The notes under the pieces are model-generated. The model saw nothing but the letters and a program-made list of their open reading frames with translations. It did not search any database and was not told the origin of the DNA. Made by a program: the position numbers and the translations under genes. Shown piece by piece: positions 46,712 to 57,225 of a DNA stretch of 64,000 bases (position 1 is its first letter; every line of letters begins with the position of its first letter). Source of the stretch: Nitrospirota bacterium. Lineage in GTDB: Bacteria; Nitrospirota; Thermodesulfovibrionia; Thermodesulfovibrionales; JdFR-86. The stretch covers positions 5,998 through 69,997 of the forward strand of contig JACQZC010000055.1 of the NCBI GenBank assembly GCA_016207905.1, written 5' to 3'.

Positions 46712-46783
46712 GCTGTCCATGCGGCCGGGATCACGAGAGACAAGCCAAGAAGGAAGAAGGAAGTTACGGCGGGTATTGTATAA
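46712..46783 (+). repeat. Copy 3 of the conserved module, encoding ...AVHAAGITRDKPRRKKEVTAGIV*
   Basis: See copy 1 for the alignment. The frame has no canonical start between the upstream stop (46646-46648) and the module. It is flanked by 8-bp direct repeats ATAAGTTC (46689-46696 and 46816-46823). Confidence 0.7.
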
Positions 46784-46877
46784 AGGTGAACAGCATCATG
46801 ACATGGCGCCTCTGAATAAGTTCAGATACATGTGAGATAAAATAGAGGGGTTAAAATTACTAAGGAGGAACCTCTCT

Positions 46878-47897
46878 ATGAGAATTTTTTGGCTTCAAAA
46901 AGAATTCTATTACCTCTGGAAACATGCTCCACCAAGCCTTACCCCTAAAGAGTTGGATAGGCTAAGGGCTATATCACTCTGGCAGGAAACAAACAATACA
47001 GGGCTCGTCTTAAGAACCTTCGGTATGAGCAGAGCCACACTCTATAGATGGCTTAAAAGATTCGACCCCAAAGACCTTACCTCGGTAAAGGAACAATCAC
47101 GCCGCCCAAAGAATCTAAGAAAACCTGCATGGTCATACGACCTCATAACGGCAGTTAAACGGCTCAGGCAACAGTATCCCAGATGGGCTAAAGATAAAAT
47201 TGCTGTTCTTCTTAGAGGAGAGGGTTTTGAGACCTCTGCCTCAACAGTGGGACGCATTATCAATCACCTTAAAAAGAGAGGGGAATTAATTGAACCGAAA
47301 CGAAGAGTGGTTTCTGCAAAAAGACGCATACAAAGACCTTATGCAGTAAGGAAGCCCAATGATTACACGGTTATAGAACCGGGCGACCTCGTTCAGGTGG
47401 ATACCCTTGATATACGGCCTGTACCGGATACTGCGATTAAACAGTTTACAGCAAGGGATATGGTCTCAAGATGGGATGTGATAGAGGCGAGAAGCCGCGC
47501 CACTGCTAAGACAGCAAAAGATTTTCTGGATGCGGTAGAGAAAAGAATGCCATTTCCACTAAAGGCGATTCAGGTGGACGGCGGATCTGAGTTCTTCTCG
47601 GAGTTTGAGGAAGCCTGTAAACAAAAAGGCATCAGACTCTTCGTCCTGCCCCCTAAAAGCCCAAAGCTCAACGGCCATGTGGAACGCTCAAACAGAACCC
47701 ATACCGAAGAGTTTTATGAGGTCTATAACTGCTCATGGGTCGTCCCGGAACTGAATAAAGAACTCCTGCAATGGGAACATACCTATAACTGCATCAGACC
47801 CCATAAATCACTCGGCCTCAAAACCCCCTTGCAATTCTTACAAGACCATGGCATTATCCATGACTATAAACCTCTCTTGGAGTCTCATATGTCCTGA
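46878..47897 (+). mobile_element. IS481-like (HTH + rve/DDE integrase-core) transposase gene; the element ends are not defined
   Basis: 339 aa with an N-terminal HTH (MSRATLYRWLKRF), a DDE core (VQVDT..., IQVDGGSEF, NGHVERSNRT) and a C-terminal YNCIRPHKSLGLKTP. AAGGAGG SD upstream. Confidence 0.85.
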
Positions 47898-47911
47898 ACC
47901 CATACACTTGC
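47898..47911 (+). repeat. 14-mer ACCCATACACTTGC, right copy of the direct repeat
   Basis: It starts at the base after the transposase stop codon and is 13/14 identical to 46017-46030. Confidence 0.6.
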
Positions 47912-47927
47912 TTTTTTTTGTCTAAAG

Positions 47928-47956
47928 TTGTTTAATAATCAGGATTATCTTATAAT
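47928..47956 (+). promoter_or_regulatory. Putative promoter (TTGTTT-17-TATAAT) giving a leaderless merR-like transcript
   Basis: The -10 TATAAT is at 47951-47956 and the ATG at 47963, 6 nt later, with no SD. Confidence 0.45.
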
Positions 47957-47962
47957 TTGAGT

Positions 47963-48397
47963 ATGGAAAAGAGAGTCAGAAAAGAGCTAAGCGAAGAGCA
48001 GAGACGGGGCATGCCGCTTTATCCTATAGGCGTGGTGGCAGAGCTTATGGGCACAACGGACCAGACACTAAGGCTTTATGAAAGATATGGTCTTATCAAG
48101 CCTGCAAGGAGAAACAAAAACAGGTTTTATTCTGAAAACGACATCAAGTGGCTTAAGTGCATAAGGGAGCTTATCCATGACAAAAAGATAAGCATAGAAG
48201 GTATAAAAAAACTTCTCGATTATGCACCCTGCTGGGAGATAACCCAGTGCTCAGAGGAAAGAAAGTCTGCCTGCTCTGCTTTCATAGACAAGACAAAGCC
48301 TTGCTGGGAACTGAACAGGATGATATGTCACAGAAACTCAGGCAAGATATGCGAGGACTGTGTGGTTTACCTCTCGCAGAAGATGAAAAAGCAATAA
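47963..48397 (+). CDS. MerR-family regulator with a C-terminal Cys-rich domain (twin PCWE motifs)
   Basis: MerR HTH (YPIGVVAELMGTTDQTLRLYERYGLIKPAR). The C-terminus is APCWEITQCSEERKSACSAFIDKTKPCWELNRMICHRNSGKICEDC, with 8 Cys. Confidence 0.8.
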   Translation: MEKRVRKELSEEQRRGMPLYPIGVVAELMGTTDQTLRLYERYGLIKPARRNKNRFYSENDIKWLKCIRELIHDKKISIEGIKKLLDYAPCWEITQCSEERKSACSAFIDKTKPCWELNRMICHRNSGKICEDCVVYLSQKMKKQ

Positions 48398-48417
48398 GAA
48401 AGAAATCCTTTTTATCT

Positions 48418-49785
48418 CTAAAGCAGTTTTCTTAATTCTGTCTCGACAAGGTCTTTTATCTTTTTAAGGGAAGCCTCATCTACTGCTTCAAATCTCATAA
48501 CAAGTGCAGGCTGGGTATTCGATGCCCTGATTAATCCCCATCCATTGGGGAAATTCACCCTCACACCGTCTATGTCGATAACAGGATAATCCTCGAATGC
48601 CTTTTTGACCTTCTCCACAATAGCGAATTTAATCTCATCCGGGCAGTCAAACCTAATCTCTGGTGTCGAGACCATAGGGGAGACGCCTTCGAGGAGTTTT
48701 CTCACCGAATAAGGCTTTCCTTTTTTTGCAAGGATTTCCATAAGCCGAAGGCTTGCATATATGGCATCGTCATATCCTAAATACCTGTCCCTGAAGAATA
48801 TATGTCCGCTCATCTCTCCGGCAAGCAATGCACCTTCCTCTTTCATCTTCTTTTTAATCAGGGAATGCCCTGTCTTCCACATGATGGGTATGCCACCATG
48901 GTTTTTTATATCGTCATAAAGGGTTTGTGAGCATTTTACCTCTCCGATTATTGCGGCATTAGGGTTTTCTTTCAGGATGTCCCTCGAAAATATAACCATT
49001 AATTTATCTCCCCAGACAACATCTCCCTTTTCGTCCACAACCCCAATCCTGTCTGAGTCTCCATCATAGCCTATTCCGAGATTGGCATTTTGCTTTGTAA
49101 CGGTCTCGATAAGCTTCTTTATATTTTCGAGGACAACAGGGTCGGGGTGGTGGTTTGGAAAATTCCCATCGGGCTCCGAGTAAAGCTCTATGACCTCTGC
49201 ACCCAATCTCCGCATAAGCTCTGGAGCTACGAGCCCGGCTGTGCCGTTACCAGAATCGAGGACTACCTTTATGCCCTTAAAAGGATTTGTGTTAGGGAAA
49301 CCCTTTGCCACATAATCCATATACGCAGGGATTATCTCGTATGTTTCGACCCCACCTTTACCCTTTATGGCTTTGCCTGACTCTATAAGCTTTCTTATGT
49401 CCTGTATCTTATCTCCATAGAGGGTTTCTTTTTCCACAGAGAGCTTTAAGCCATTGAATTCAGGAGGATTGTGAGAGCCTGTTACCATAATGCCACCATC
49501 CACATTTAGATGGAAAAGCGAGAAGTACTGCAGTGGCGTTGGGCACATCCCAATGTCTATAACGCTGACTCCGCTTTCAATCAGCCCCTTTTGTAGAGCA
49601 GAGGATATCCGAGGCGAGCTGACCCTTACATCCATTGCAATGCTTATCTTTAAGGTTTCTTTTTTCAGATTTTCCCTTAGATAGAAGGCAAAACCTCTGG
49701 CAATCGATAAAACCCCCTCCTCTGTGAGGTCCTTGCCCCACACGCCCCTTATGTCATACTGACGGAATATTCTTGGGTTTATCAT
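48418..49785 (-). CDS. Phosphomannomutase/phosphoglucomutase
   Basis: Active-site TGSHNPPEFNGLK, Mg site GYDGDSDR, and 455 aa. Confidence 0.9.
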   Translation of the reverse strand: MINPRIFRQYDIRGVWGKDLTEEGVLSIARGFAFYLRENLKKETLKISIAMDVRVSSPRISSALQKGLIESGVSVIDIGMCPTPLQYFSLFHLNVDGGIMVTGSHNPPEFNGLKLSVEKETLYGDKIQDIRKLIESGKAIKGKGGVETYEIIPAYMDYVAKGFPNTNPFKGIKVVLDSGNGTAGLVAPELMRRLGAEVIELYSEPDGNFPNHHPDPVVLENIKKLIETVTKQNANLGIGYDGDSDRIGVVDEKGDVVWGDKLMVIFSRDILKENPNAAIIGEVKCSQTLYDDIKNHGGIPIMWKTGHSLIKKKMKEEGALLAGEMSGHIFFRDRYLGYDDAIYASLRLMEILAKKGKPYSVRKLLEGVSPMVSTPEIRFDCPDEIKFAIVEKVKKAFEDYPVIDIDGVRVNFPNGWGLIRASNTQPALVMRFEAVDEASLKKIKDLVETELRKLL

Positions 49786-50141
49786 TGAGCCTTTTTTTGT
49801 CTTTTCTCAATCAGGCTTATTTCGCCAATAAGACTCTGAGGATTAAACTCAGGGTCTAAAAGATATGCCTCATTGAAATAAGAGGCGGCTTCTTTGTCGT
49901 TGTCGAGCTTATAGCTTGCATATCCAAGGAGATAGTATGCCTTTGCAGAAGGAGACTCCAAAACATACTCTTTCATCAGCTTCACTGCTTCGGTGAAGTC
50001 TTTCTTGGCATATGCCTTTAATGCCATTTCATATGTGGTTTGCTCGGCAAATGACAAAGACACCATCAGGATAAGCGAAATCATAAAACACAGGATAAAT
50101 CTCATATAACACCTCCTTTCGATTTTACCATGACCTTTCAT
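49782..50141 (-). CDS. Small TPR-like secreted protein
   Basis: Signal-like N-terminus and TPR-type YYLLGYASYKL...AASYFNEAYLLDP. Confidence 0.55.
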   Translation of the reverse strand: MKGHGKIERRCYMRFILCFMISLILMVSLSFAEQTTYEMALKAYAKKDFTEAVKLMKEYVLESPSAKAYYLLGYASYKLDNDKEAASYFNEAYLLDPEFNPQSLIGEISLIEKRQKKAQ

Positions 50142-50143
50142 GC

Positions 50144-52534
50144 TCAGGGACTCTTAGCTTGAGATGAAGGCACATTTGCAAGCGAGGATGAGTTTTCTGA
50201 TTCAGGAACATTTGTAACAGAGTCATCCTTAAAGAACTCTATTTGGCTTTCCTCGCCAGGGGCATTAACTATCTGACCCGTATTTATGTCTACGAAACGG
50301 CTTACAATGCCATCGGGCATCTCGAAATCCCTTATCTCATAATCTCCTGTTACGGAGCGCATAAATCTCAACCACACAGGCAGGGCGGCTCTTGCGCCTG
50401 TTTCCTTGTTTCCAATTGGCCTCATATCGTCAAAGCCTATCCACACGCCAGTAAGGATGTCAGGCGTATAGCCTAAAAACCATGCATCTCTGAAGTCGTT
50501 CGTTGTGCCTGTTTTTCCTGCAACAGGTCTTCCAAGTGCCTTTGCACCAACGCCTGTTCCATAGTTTACAACATCTTTCAGCATAGATGTTATAAGAAAC
50601 GCAGTCTGAGGGCTCAGTGCTTCGGTGCCATTTGGCTCTGTGCTTTCAATGACTCTTCCCTGAAGGTCTGTAATATATTTTATGGCAATCGGGTTCATTT
50701 TCATGCCTGAGTTTGCAAATGTGCTATATGCGGATGTAAGCTCAAGCGGTGATATGCTTAAAGAGCCGAGAGCAAGGGTCAGGTCCTTTGGCAGGTCACT
50801 GTCTTTGATGCCGAGGTCTCTTGAAAAATTCAATATCTTACCCAGCCCTATCGCCTCTGCAAGTTTGATGGTTACTACATTTCTTGAATAGGCAAGTGCC
50901 TCCCTCAGGGTTATACTGCCGTAGAATTCTCCATCGTAGTTCTTTGGGTTCCATTCCTTTGAACCGCTTTTATAGGTGAGCTCCTCATCCATGATAAAGG
51001 ATGCAGGCGTATAACCGTTCTCTAATGCAACCGAATATACGATGGGCTTAAATGCAGAGCCCACCTGACGCTTTCCATACACTGCCCTATTGAATTCGGC
51101 TTTTGTGTAGCAACTGCCTCCTACAAGTGCCTTTATATAGCCTGTATGCGGGTCAATAGAAACGACTGCGCCCTGAACCTCGGGCTCTTGCTCTAACATG
51201 AGCTTCACTATATTGGCTTTTGCCGACTTAACTTTTACCATGACAACATCCCCGGGCTTGAGGATTTTTGTCAGGTCAAAGTTTTGGATTGTCTTTTTTT
51301 TGCCGTCGATAAGGGTGTTGCTTGCCCATAGGGCATCTGTCAGAGATAGCATTCCTGAGGAAAATGCCATATCAACCACTGCCTCGTTTTTATTGACGCT
51401 AACTACAATGCCTTCTAAGATGGAGCCCACCTGTGGCTCATCTGTCTTAAAGCCAGAAGAGGTGTTTTCCTTAGATGTCGTGTTGGCTCCAAATATCTTG
51501 ACCATAAGCTTATTAATACCCTGCTTTTTTATTTGAGGTTCGTTATTTTTTGGGACTATGTCTCTATGCTCTACGACTCCGCGCCAGCCTCTTCTTTTGT
51601 CAATGTCCCTTAAGCCTTCCTCAAGTGCTATCTGAGCCTCGATCTGTGCTTTTCTGTCAAGTGTCGTGTAAATCCGCATACCGCTTTTATAGATTGCATT
51701 TGCATCGTATTTAGCCTCGATGAGTTTTTTTATGTAGTCCACAAAATAATTATAAGCAGACTCGCTGTTAGTTTTTTCGCTGAGTCTGACAGGTATTTTC
51801 TCTGAGGTCTCACGCTCCCCTCTTGTGATATAACCCTCTTCTTCCATTCTCGAAATAACATATAACTGTCTTTCTCTTGCCCTTGTGCGGTTGTTAAATG
51901 GAGAATAATTCGATGGTGCCTTCAGAATGCCGACAATGAGTGCGGCCTCAGGCAGGGTTATATCCCTTACCGACTTTCCGAAATACACCCTCGATGCCAT
52001 CTCTGCCCCATAGGCTCCGTGTCCAAAATATGCCCTATTCAGATAAAGCTCTAATATCTCCTCCTTTGAAAGGGTGCTTTCTATTTTTACGGCAAGGGCA
52101 ACCTCTCTCAACTTTCTTCTAATGGTCTTCTCTGGTGTCAGGAATGTCATTTTTGCAAGCTGTTGCGTAATCGTAGAGCCACCTTCTTTAATCTGACGGT
52201 GAAGAAGGTCTTTAAGTGCAGCCCTCAGGATTGCAAGATAATCTATGCCACTGTGCTGCCAGAAATGCGCATCCTCGACAGCCACGACTGCGTTTATCAG
52301 ATGCCCAGGCATCTTTTTAATCGGCACAAAGATTCCCTTTTCGAGCTTTATCTCACCGATAAGGGTGTCGTCATCTGCATATACCTTTGTGCTTGGGATG
52401 TCCTTATACTGCTTTAGCTCCTCCACGGAAGGCACACCCCTTGCGAGTGCAAGGTAGCCTCCAATGGCAGTGCCTATCAATAGTGGGATAATGAAAAAGA
52501 AAACTATGAGCTTAAGTCTTGTCTTAACCCTCAT
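50144..52534 (-). CDS. Class A penicillin-binding protein (PBP1A type: transglycosylase + transpeptidase)
   Basis: GT51 motifs EDAHFWQHSGID and GGSTITQQLAK, transpeptidase motifs SAFKP and KTGTT. Confidence 0.9.
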   Translation of the reverse strand: MRVKTRLKLIVFFFIIPLLIGTAIGGYLALARGVPSVEELKQYKDIPSTKVYADDDTLIGEIKLEKGIFVPIKKMPGHLINAVVAVEDAHFWQHSGIDYLAILRAALKDLLHRQIKEGGSTITQQLAKMTFLTPEKTIRRKLREVALAVKIESTLSKEEILELYLNRAYFGHGAYGAEMASRVYFGKSVRDITLPEAALIVGILKAPSNYSPFNNRTRARERQLYVISRMEEEGYITRGERETSEKIPVRLSEKTNSESAYNYFVDYIKKLIEAKYDANAIYKSGMRIYTTLDRKAQIEAQIALEEGLRDIDKRRGWRGVVEHRDIVPKNNEPQIKKQGINKLMVKIFGANTTSKENTSSGFKTDEPQVGSILEGIVVSVNKNEAVVDMAFSSGMLSLTDALWASNTLIDGKKKTIQNFDLTKILKPGDVVMVKVKSAKANIVKLMLEQEPEVQGAVVSIDPHTGYIKALVGGSCYTKAEFNRAVYGKRQVGSAFKPIVYSVALENGYTPASFIMDEELTYKSGSKEWNPKNYDGEFYGSITLREALAYSRNVVTIKLAEAIGLGKILNFSRDLGIKDSDLPKDLTLALGSLSISPLELTSAYSTFANSGMKMNPIAIKYITDLQGRVIESTEPNGTEALSPQTAFLITSMLKDVVNYGTGVGAKALGRPVAGKTGTTNDFRDAWFLGYTPDILTGVWIGFDDMRPIGNKETGARAALPVWLRFMRSVTGDYEIRDFEMPDGIVSRFVDINTGQIVNAPGEESQIEFFKDDSVTNVPESENSSSLANVPSSQAKSP

Positions 52535-52566
52535 TTATAAATTATACCTCTGATTTAAAAATACTG

Positions 52567-53022
52567 TCAAAGCCATAATGCAATCTCTTCCCTCAACCTT
52601 TGCATAAAATTTCTGTAATGCGTGCCTTCCCAGTAAACCCTCTGGCAGGAGGTGCATCTTAAAAAAGAGTCATGGTTTCTGTAGATGTATTCGGGAACAG
52701 AGTCCGAAACAGCCTCTTTTTTTTCGCTCATAAGGGTCCCGTTACAGTTAGCACATCGTCTTTTATCAGGCATCTTTAGCCTTAGTCCCTTTATCACTTC
52801 AGTAAGCTGATGAAAGACATCGTCTGAGCTTACGAAAAAGCAATCTCCGACCTTTCTATTCAGGAAATGTGTATCTCTCGTGAGTATGATTCTTTGCTCC
52901 TCCATTGCAATCTTAAGGAGCACACTGTCTGTAATATCGGGATGGTAGATTGTATCGAAGCCCATGAGCCTGAGCCATCTTGCGAGCCTGCCAAGCATCG
53001 AATCGGCAATGAATCTCTGCAT
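52567..53022 (-). CDS. Mut7-C (PIN-like) RNase-domain protein with a C-terminal zinc ribbon
   Basis: N-terminus FIADSMLGRLARWLRLMGFDT, with CANC...CTSC at the C-terminus. Confidence 0.7.
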   Translation of the reverse strand: MQRFIADSMLGRLARWLRLMGFDTIYHPDITDSVLLKIAMEEQRIILTRDTHFLNRKVGDCFFVSSDDVFHQLTEVIKGLRLKMPDKRRCANCNGTLMSEKKEAVSDSVPEYIYRNHDSFLRCTSCQRVYWEGTHYRNFMQRLREEIALWL

Positions 53023-53076
53023 ATTAAAAAAACATGGCAGTCCGCGTGAGGCTCCACGGACTGCCGGATTTTATTT

Positions 53077-56000
53077 TTACTCCTCTATGGATTCCCCTTC
53101 AGAGGGTTGTTTCTTTTCGAACAAGCCTGCAAAGAGCTCAGGCAGTTCCCTTTTTACGAATGTGTTTCTGTATCTCTGCATCCCTGTTCCAGCAGGGACA
53201 ACCCTGCCCATTATCACATTCTCCTTAAGGCCCTTGAGCTCATCGACTGCACCGCTTATTGCGGCCTCTGTAAGGACCCTCGTTGTCTCCTGAAACGATG
53301 CGGCTGATATAACGGACTCTGTTGTAAGGGATGCCTTTGTAATACCCAGAAGCAGGGGCTTGCCATGTGCAGGTTTTCCGCCTTTCTTTTTCACCTCTTC
53401 GTTGTGCTTGTAAAAGACTGCCCTGTCCACATGCTCTCCAATAAGGAAATCCGTATCTCCGGAGTCCTCGATTCTGACCCGTTTCATCATCTGTCTAACG
53501 ATTATCTCTATGTGTTTGTCGTTTATGGAGACACCCTGAAGTCTGTAGACCTTCTGAACCTCATCCACGAGGTATCTCTGAAGCTCTTTTGGTCCAAGGA
53601 TGTCCAGAACGCTGTGGGGGTTGACCGAGCCATCCATGAGTGGCTCTCCTGCCTTTACCCAGTCTCCCTCATGAACGCTGACATGCTTGCCCTTTGGAAT
53701 GAGATACTCTTTCTGGTCCGTTCCTCCTTTGACAACTACAACCCTCATGCCCTTATGAGCACCCTTGAACTCCACCATGCCATCTATTTCTGCAACTATT
53801 GCCTGCTCCTTGGGTCTTCTTGCCTCAAAGAGCTCGGCAACTCTCGGAAGACCTCCTGTTATGTCCTTTGTCTTTGTTGTCTCACGCGGTATCTTTGCGA
53901 TGGCATCTCCTGGATGTACGATGTCGCCTTTTTCAACTAGCACATGTGCCCCTGAAGGAAGAAGATACCTTGCAAGATTGGCTGTTCCCGGTATCTTGAG
54001 TGTTGCCTTTCCATGTTCGTCCTTAATAGAGACCCTCGGCCTCATATTGGCAGGATAATCTATAATCACCCTGTGGGAAAGTCCAGTGATTTCGTCAACC
54101 TCTTCTTTAATGCTTACCCCGGACACTATGTCTCCGTGGGCAATCTTTCCGCCAACCTCTGTTAATATAGGAGTGGAATAAGGATCCCATTCCACAAGCT
54201 TCTGGCCTCCTACCACCTTACTGCCATTTTCAACCCTGAGCTTCGCTCCATAGACAACAGAGTATTTCTCCTTTTCCCTTCCCTTTGAATCGACAACCGC
54301 AATCATTCCGTTTCTGTTCATTACGACATGAACGCCCTCGCGGTTTTTAACGGTGTTTATGTTTTGGAACTTAACGGTGCCCGGGTTTTTTGCCTCGAGC
54401 ACGGTCTGCTCGACAACCTTCGATGCGGCACCTCCAATATGGAAGGTCCTCATTGTAAGCTGTGTTCCGGGCTCTCCGATGGACTGTGCGGCTATTATCC
54501 CAACTGCCTCGCCCAACTCCACAAGCTCTCCTCTCGCAAGGTCCCTTCCATAGCACTTTGCACATATGCCGTATTCTGACTGGCATGTGAGGACAGATCT
54601 TATCTTGACCCTGTCGATTCCTGCCTCGACTATCTTATGGGTTAACTCGTCATCTATCTCATCGGTTCTCTTTACAATCAGTTCCTTAGTAAGGGGGTCT
54701 TTTATGTCTTCCACCGAGAACCTGCCCAACAGTCTTTCTTCAAGCGGCTGTATTATCTCACCGCCCTCCACAAGGGAAGTGACTGTTATGCCTGCATTTG
54801 TCTTACAGTCATCCTCTGTGACAATGACATCCTGAGAGACATCCACGAGCCTTCTTGTAAGATAGCCTGAGTTTGCAGTCTTAAGGGCAGTGTCTGCAAG
54901 ACCTTTTCTTGCTCCGTGTGTCGAGATAAAGTACTGAAGTGGAGAAAGCCCCTCTCTGAAGTTTGCAGTGATTGGTGTCTCTATTATTTCGCCAGTTGGC
55001 TTTGCCATCAGACCCCTCATGCCTGCAAGCTGTCTTATCTGGGCAGTGGAGCCCCTTGCGCCTGAGTCAGCCATCATGAAGATGCTATTGAAAGAGCGCT
55101 TTTCCTTCAATTCCTCCTCGGTAAACTTTTTTCCGTCCTCAGCCCCAAGCTCTTTCAGCATCTCATCTGCTACCTTTTCGGTTACATTTGCCCATATGTC
55201 AATGACCTTATTGTACCTTTCGCCCTGCGTTATAAGGCCATCTGCATACTGCTTCTGTATCTCTAAGACCTCCTGCTCTGCATCATGAATCAATTGGGCT
55301 TTTTTTGCAGGGATATGCATATCTGACATGCATATGGATAGTCCTGATTTCGTTGCATACTCAAAGCCTAATTTCTCGAGGCTGTCTAAGAATACGACTG
55401 TTTGTCTTTTTCCGGCATACTTAAAAGAGTAATCTATTACCTTTGCCAGCTCTTTCTTGTTCAGGTCTTTGTTTATAAGCGAATACGGGATACCTGTGGG
55501 AATGATTTCGCTGAAGAGAACCCTTCCACAGGTTGTATCTACAAGCTTTTTGCCGCCATCTCCACTGTCCATCCTCACCTTTATACCTGCATGCTCGCTC
55601 AAGGCGTCTGCATCGTATGCAATTCTGACATCAGAGGGACTGGCAAATATCTTGCCTTCTCCTTTGGCATTGTTTTTCTTCTTTGTTAGATAATATATTC
55701 CTAAGACCATGTCCTGAGTCGGCGTTACAATAGGTCTTCCGTTTGCAGGCGAAAGGAGGTTATTAACCGACATCATAAGGACCCTTGCCTCTACCTGTGC
55801 TTCTACCGAAAGCGGAATATGAACTGCCATCTGGTCTCCGTCAAAGTCCGCATTGAATGCAGTGCACACGAGAGGGTGGAGTTTTATTGCCTTGCCTTCC
55901 ACAAGCACAGGGTCAAATGCCTGAATACCTAACCTGTGAAGGGTTGGTGCACGGTTAAGAAGCACTGCATGCTCTGCTATAACCTCATCGAGGGCATCCC

Positions 56001-57225
56001 ATACCTCGGGCATTTCCTTCTCAACGAGTTTCTTTGCCATCTTTATTGTTGTGGCAAGACCCTTTTCTTCGAGCTTATTGAATATAAATGGCTTGAACAG
56101 CTCCAATGCCATCCTCTTTGGAAGCCCGCACTGATGGAGCTTTAGCTCAGGTCCTACGACTACAACTGTCCTGCCGGAGTAATCCACTCTTTTTCCGAGG
56201 AGGTTCTGCCTGAACCTACCCTGCTTTCCCTTTATCATGTCAGAGAGAGACTTTAAAGGCCTTTTAGTGGTTGCCTTTAGAACCTTACTTCTTCTTCCAT
56301 TGTCAAAAAGGGCATCCACCGATTCCTGAAGCATTCTCTTTTCGTTCTTGATAATGACAGATGGCGCCTTAAGCTCCATCAGTCTCTTAAGCCTGTTATT
56401 TCTGTTAATGACTCTTCTGTAAAGGTCATTGAGGTCCGATGTTGCAAACCTTCCTCCTTCGAGAGGTAAAAGCGGTCTCAGGTCAGGAGGCAAAACAGGT
56501 ATGACATCTAAAATCATCCATTCGGGCTTATTTCCAGAATTCCTGAATGCCTCAACCACCTTAAGTCTTTTGGTGAGCTTCTTTTTGACTCCAATGGACT
56601 GGGATTCTTTTATAGAAGCCTTTAGATGTTTAGACAGGACATCGAGGTTCACTGATCTTAAAAGCTCCCTTACTGCCTCAGCTCCCATTCCTGCCTTAAA
56701 CCTACTGCCATACTCTGAAACAGCCTTTCTAAATTCCTCCTCTGTCAGAAGCTCCTTTGTCTTAATAGGTGTATCCCCTCCGTCTATGACCACATAGTCC
56801 TCGAAATAAAGGACCCTTTCGAGGTGCCTCATCGACATATCGAGCAGTGTTCCTATTCTCGATGGAACTCCCTTCAGAAACCAGATATGTGCCACAGGGG
56901 TTGCAAGCTCTATATGTCCTAATCTTTCCCTTCTGACCCTCGACTGAATAACCTCAACCCCGCATTTATCGCAGACAACCCCTCTGTGCTTCATGCGTTT
57001 GTATTTTCCGCATATGCACTCCCAGTCTTTTACCGGACCGAATATCTTTGCACAGAAAAGTCCATCCCTTTCTGGCTTGAATGTCCTGTAATTAATAGTC
57101 TCGGGCTTTTTAATCTCTCCGTATGACCATTCCCTTATCTTTTCAGGAGATGCCAGTTTTATCCTGATGGCATCAAAGTCAGTTGGGGTCTTTGTCCCCT
57201 GAAAAACAGTATATTCTTCTTTCAA
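53077..57225 (-). CDS. rpoC: DNA-directed RNA polymerase subunit beta'
   Basis: It has the NADFDGD active site, is 1382 aa long, and overlaps the rpoB stop by 4 nt. Confidence 0.98.
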   Translation of the reverse strand: MKEEYTVFQGTKTPTDFDAIRIKLASPEKIREWSYGEIKKPETINYRTFKPERDGLFCAKIFGPVKDWECICGKYKRMKHRGVVCDKCGVEVIQSRVRRERLGHIELATPVAHIWFLKGVPSRIGTLLDMSMRHLERVLYFEDYVVIDGGDTPIKTKELLTEEEFRKAVSEYGSRFKAGMGAEAVRELLRSVNLDVLSKHLKASIKESQSIGVKKKLTKRLKVVEAFRNSGNKPEWMILDVIPVLPPDLRPLLPLEGGRFATSDLNDLYRRVINRNNRLKRLMELKAPSVIIKNEKRMLQESVDALFDNGRRSKVLKATTKRPLKSLSDMIKGKQGRFRQNLLGKRVDYSGRTVVVVGPELKLHQCGLPKRMALELFKPFIFNKLEEKGLATTIKMAKKLVEKEMPEVWDALDEVIAEHAVLLNRAPTLHRLGIQAFDPVLVEGKAIKLHPLVCTAFNADFDGDQMAVHIPLSVEAQVEARVLMMSVNNLLSPANGRPIVTPTQDMVLGIYYLTKKKNNAKGEGKIFASPSDVRIAYDADALSEHAGIKVRMDSGDGGKKLVDTTCGRVLFSEIIPTGIPYSLINKDLNKKELAKVIDYSFKYAGKRQTVVFLDSLEKLGFEYATKSGLSICMSDMHIPAKKAQLIHDAEQEVLEIQKQYADGLITQGERYNKVIDIWANVTEKVADEMLKELGAEDGKKFTEEELKEKRSFNSIFMMADSGARGSTAQIRQLAGMRGLMAKPTGEIIETPITANFREGLSPLQYFISTHGARKGLADTALKTANSGYLTRRLVDVSQDVIVTEDDCKTNAGITVTSLVEGGEIIQPLEERLLGRFSVEDIKDPLTKELIVKRTDEIDDELTHKIVEAGIDRVKIRSVLTCQSEYGICAKCYGRDLARGELVELGEAVGIIAAQSIGEPGTQLTMRTFHIGGAASKVVEQTVLEAKNPGTVKFQNINTVKNREGVHVVMNRNGMIAVVDSKGREKEKYSVVYGAKLRVENGSKVVGGQKLVEWDPYSTPILTEVGGKIAHGDIVSGVSIKEEVDEITGLSHRVIIDYPANMRPRVSIKDEHGKATLKIPGTANLARYLLPSGAHVLVEKGDIVHPGDAIAKIPRETTKTKDITGGLPRVAELFEARRPKEQAIVAEIDGMVEFKGAHKGMRVVVVKGGTDQKEYLIPKGKHVSVHEGDWVKAGEPLMDGSVNPHSVLDILGPKELQRYLVDEVQKVYRLQGVSINDKHIEIIVRQMMKRVRIEDSGDTDFLIGEHVDRAVFYKHNEEVKKKGGKPAHGKPLLLGITKASLTTESVISAASFQETTRVLTEAAISGAVDELKGLKENVIMGRVVPAGTGMQRYRNTFVKRELPELFAGLFEKKQPSEGESIEE

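Noticed and set aside
46826-47960. An attempt to define IS481-type terminal inverted repeats (candidates TGTGAGATAAAAT at 46831 and ATTATCTTATA at about 47943).
   Set aside because: The match is poor (about 9/11 with gaps), and the right candidate overlaps the merR-like promoter. The boundaries are therefore left undefined.
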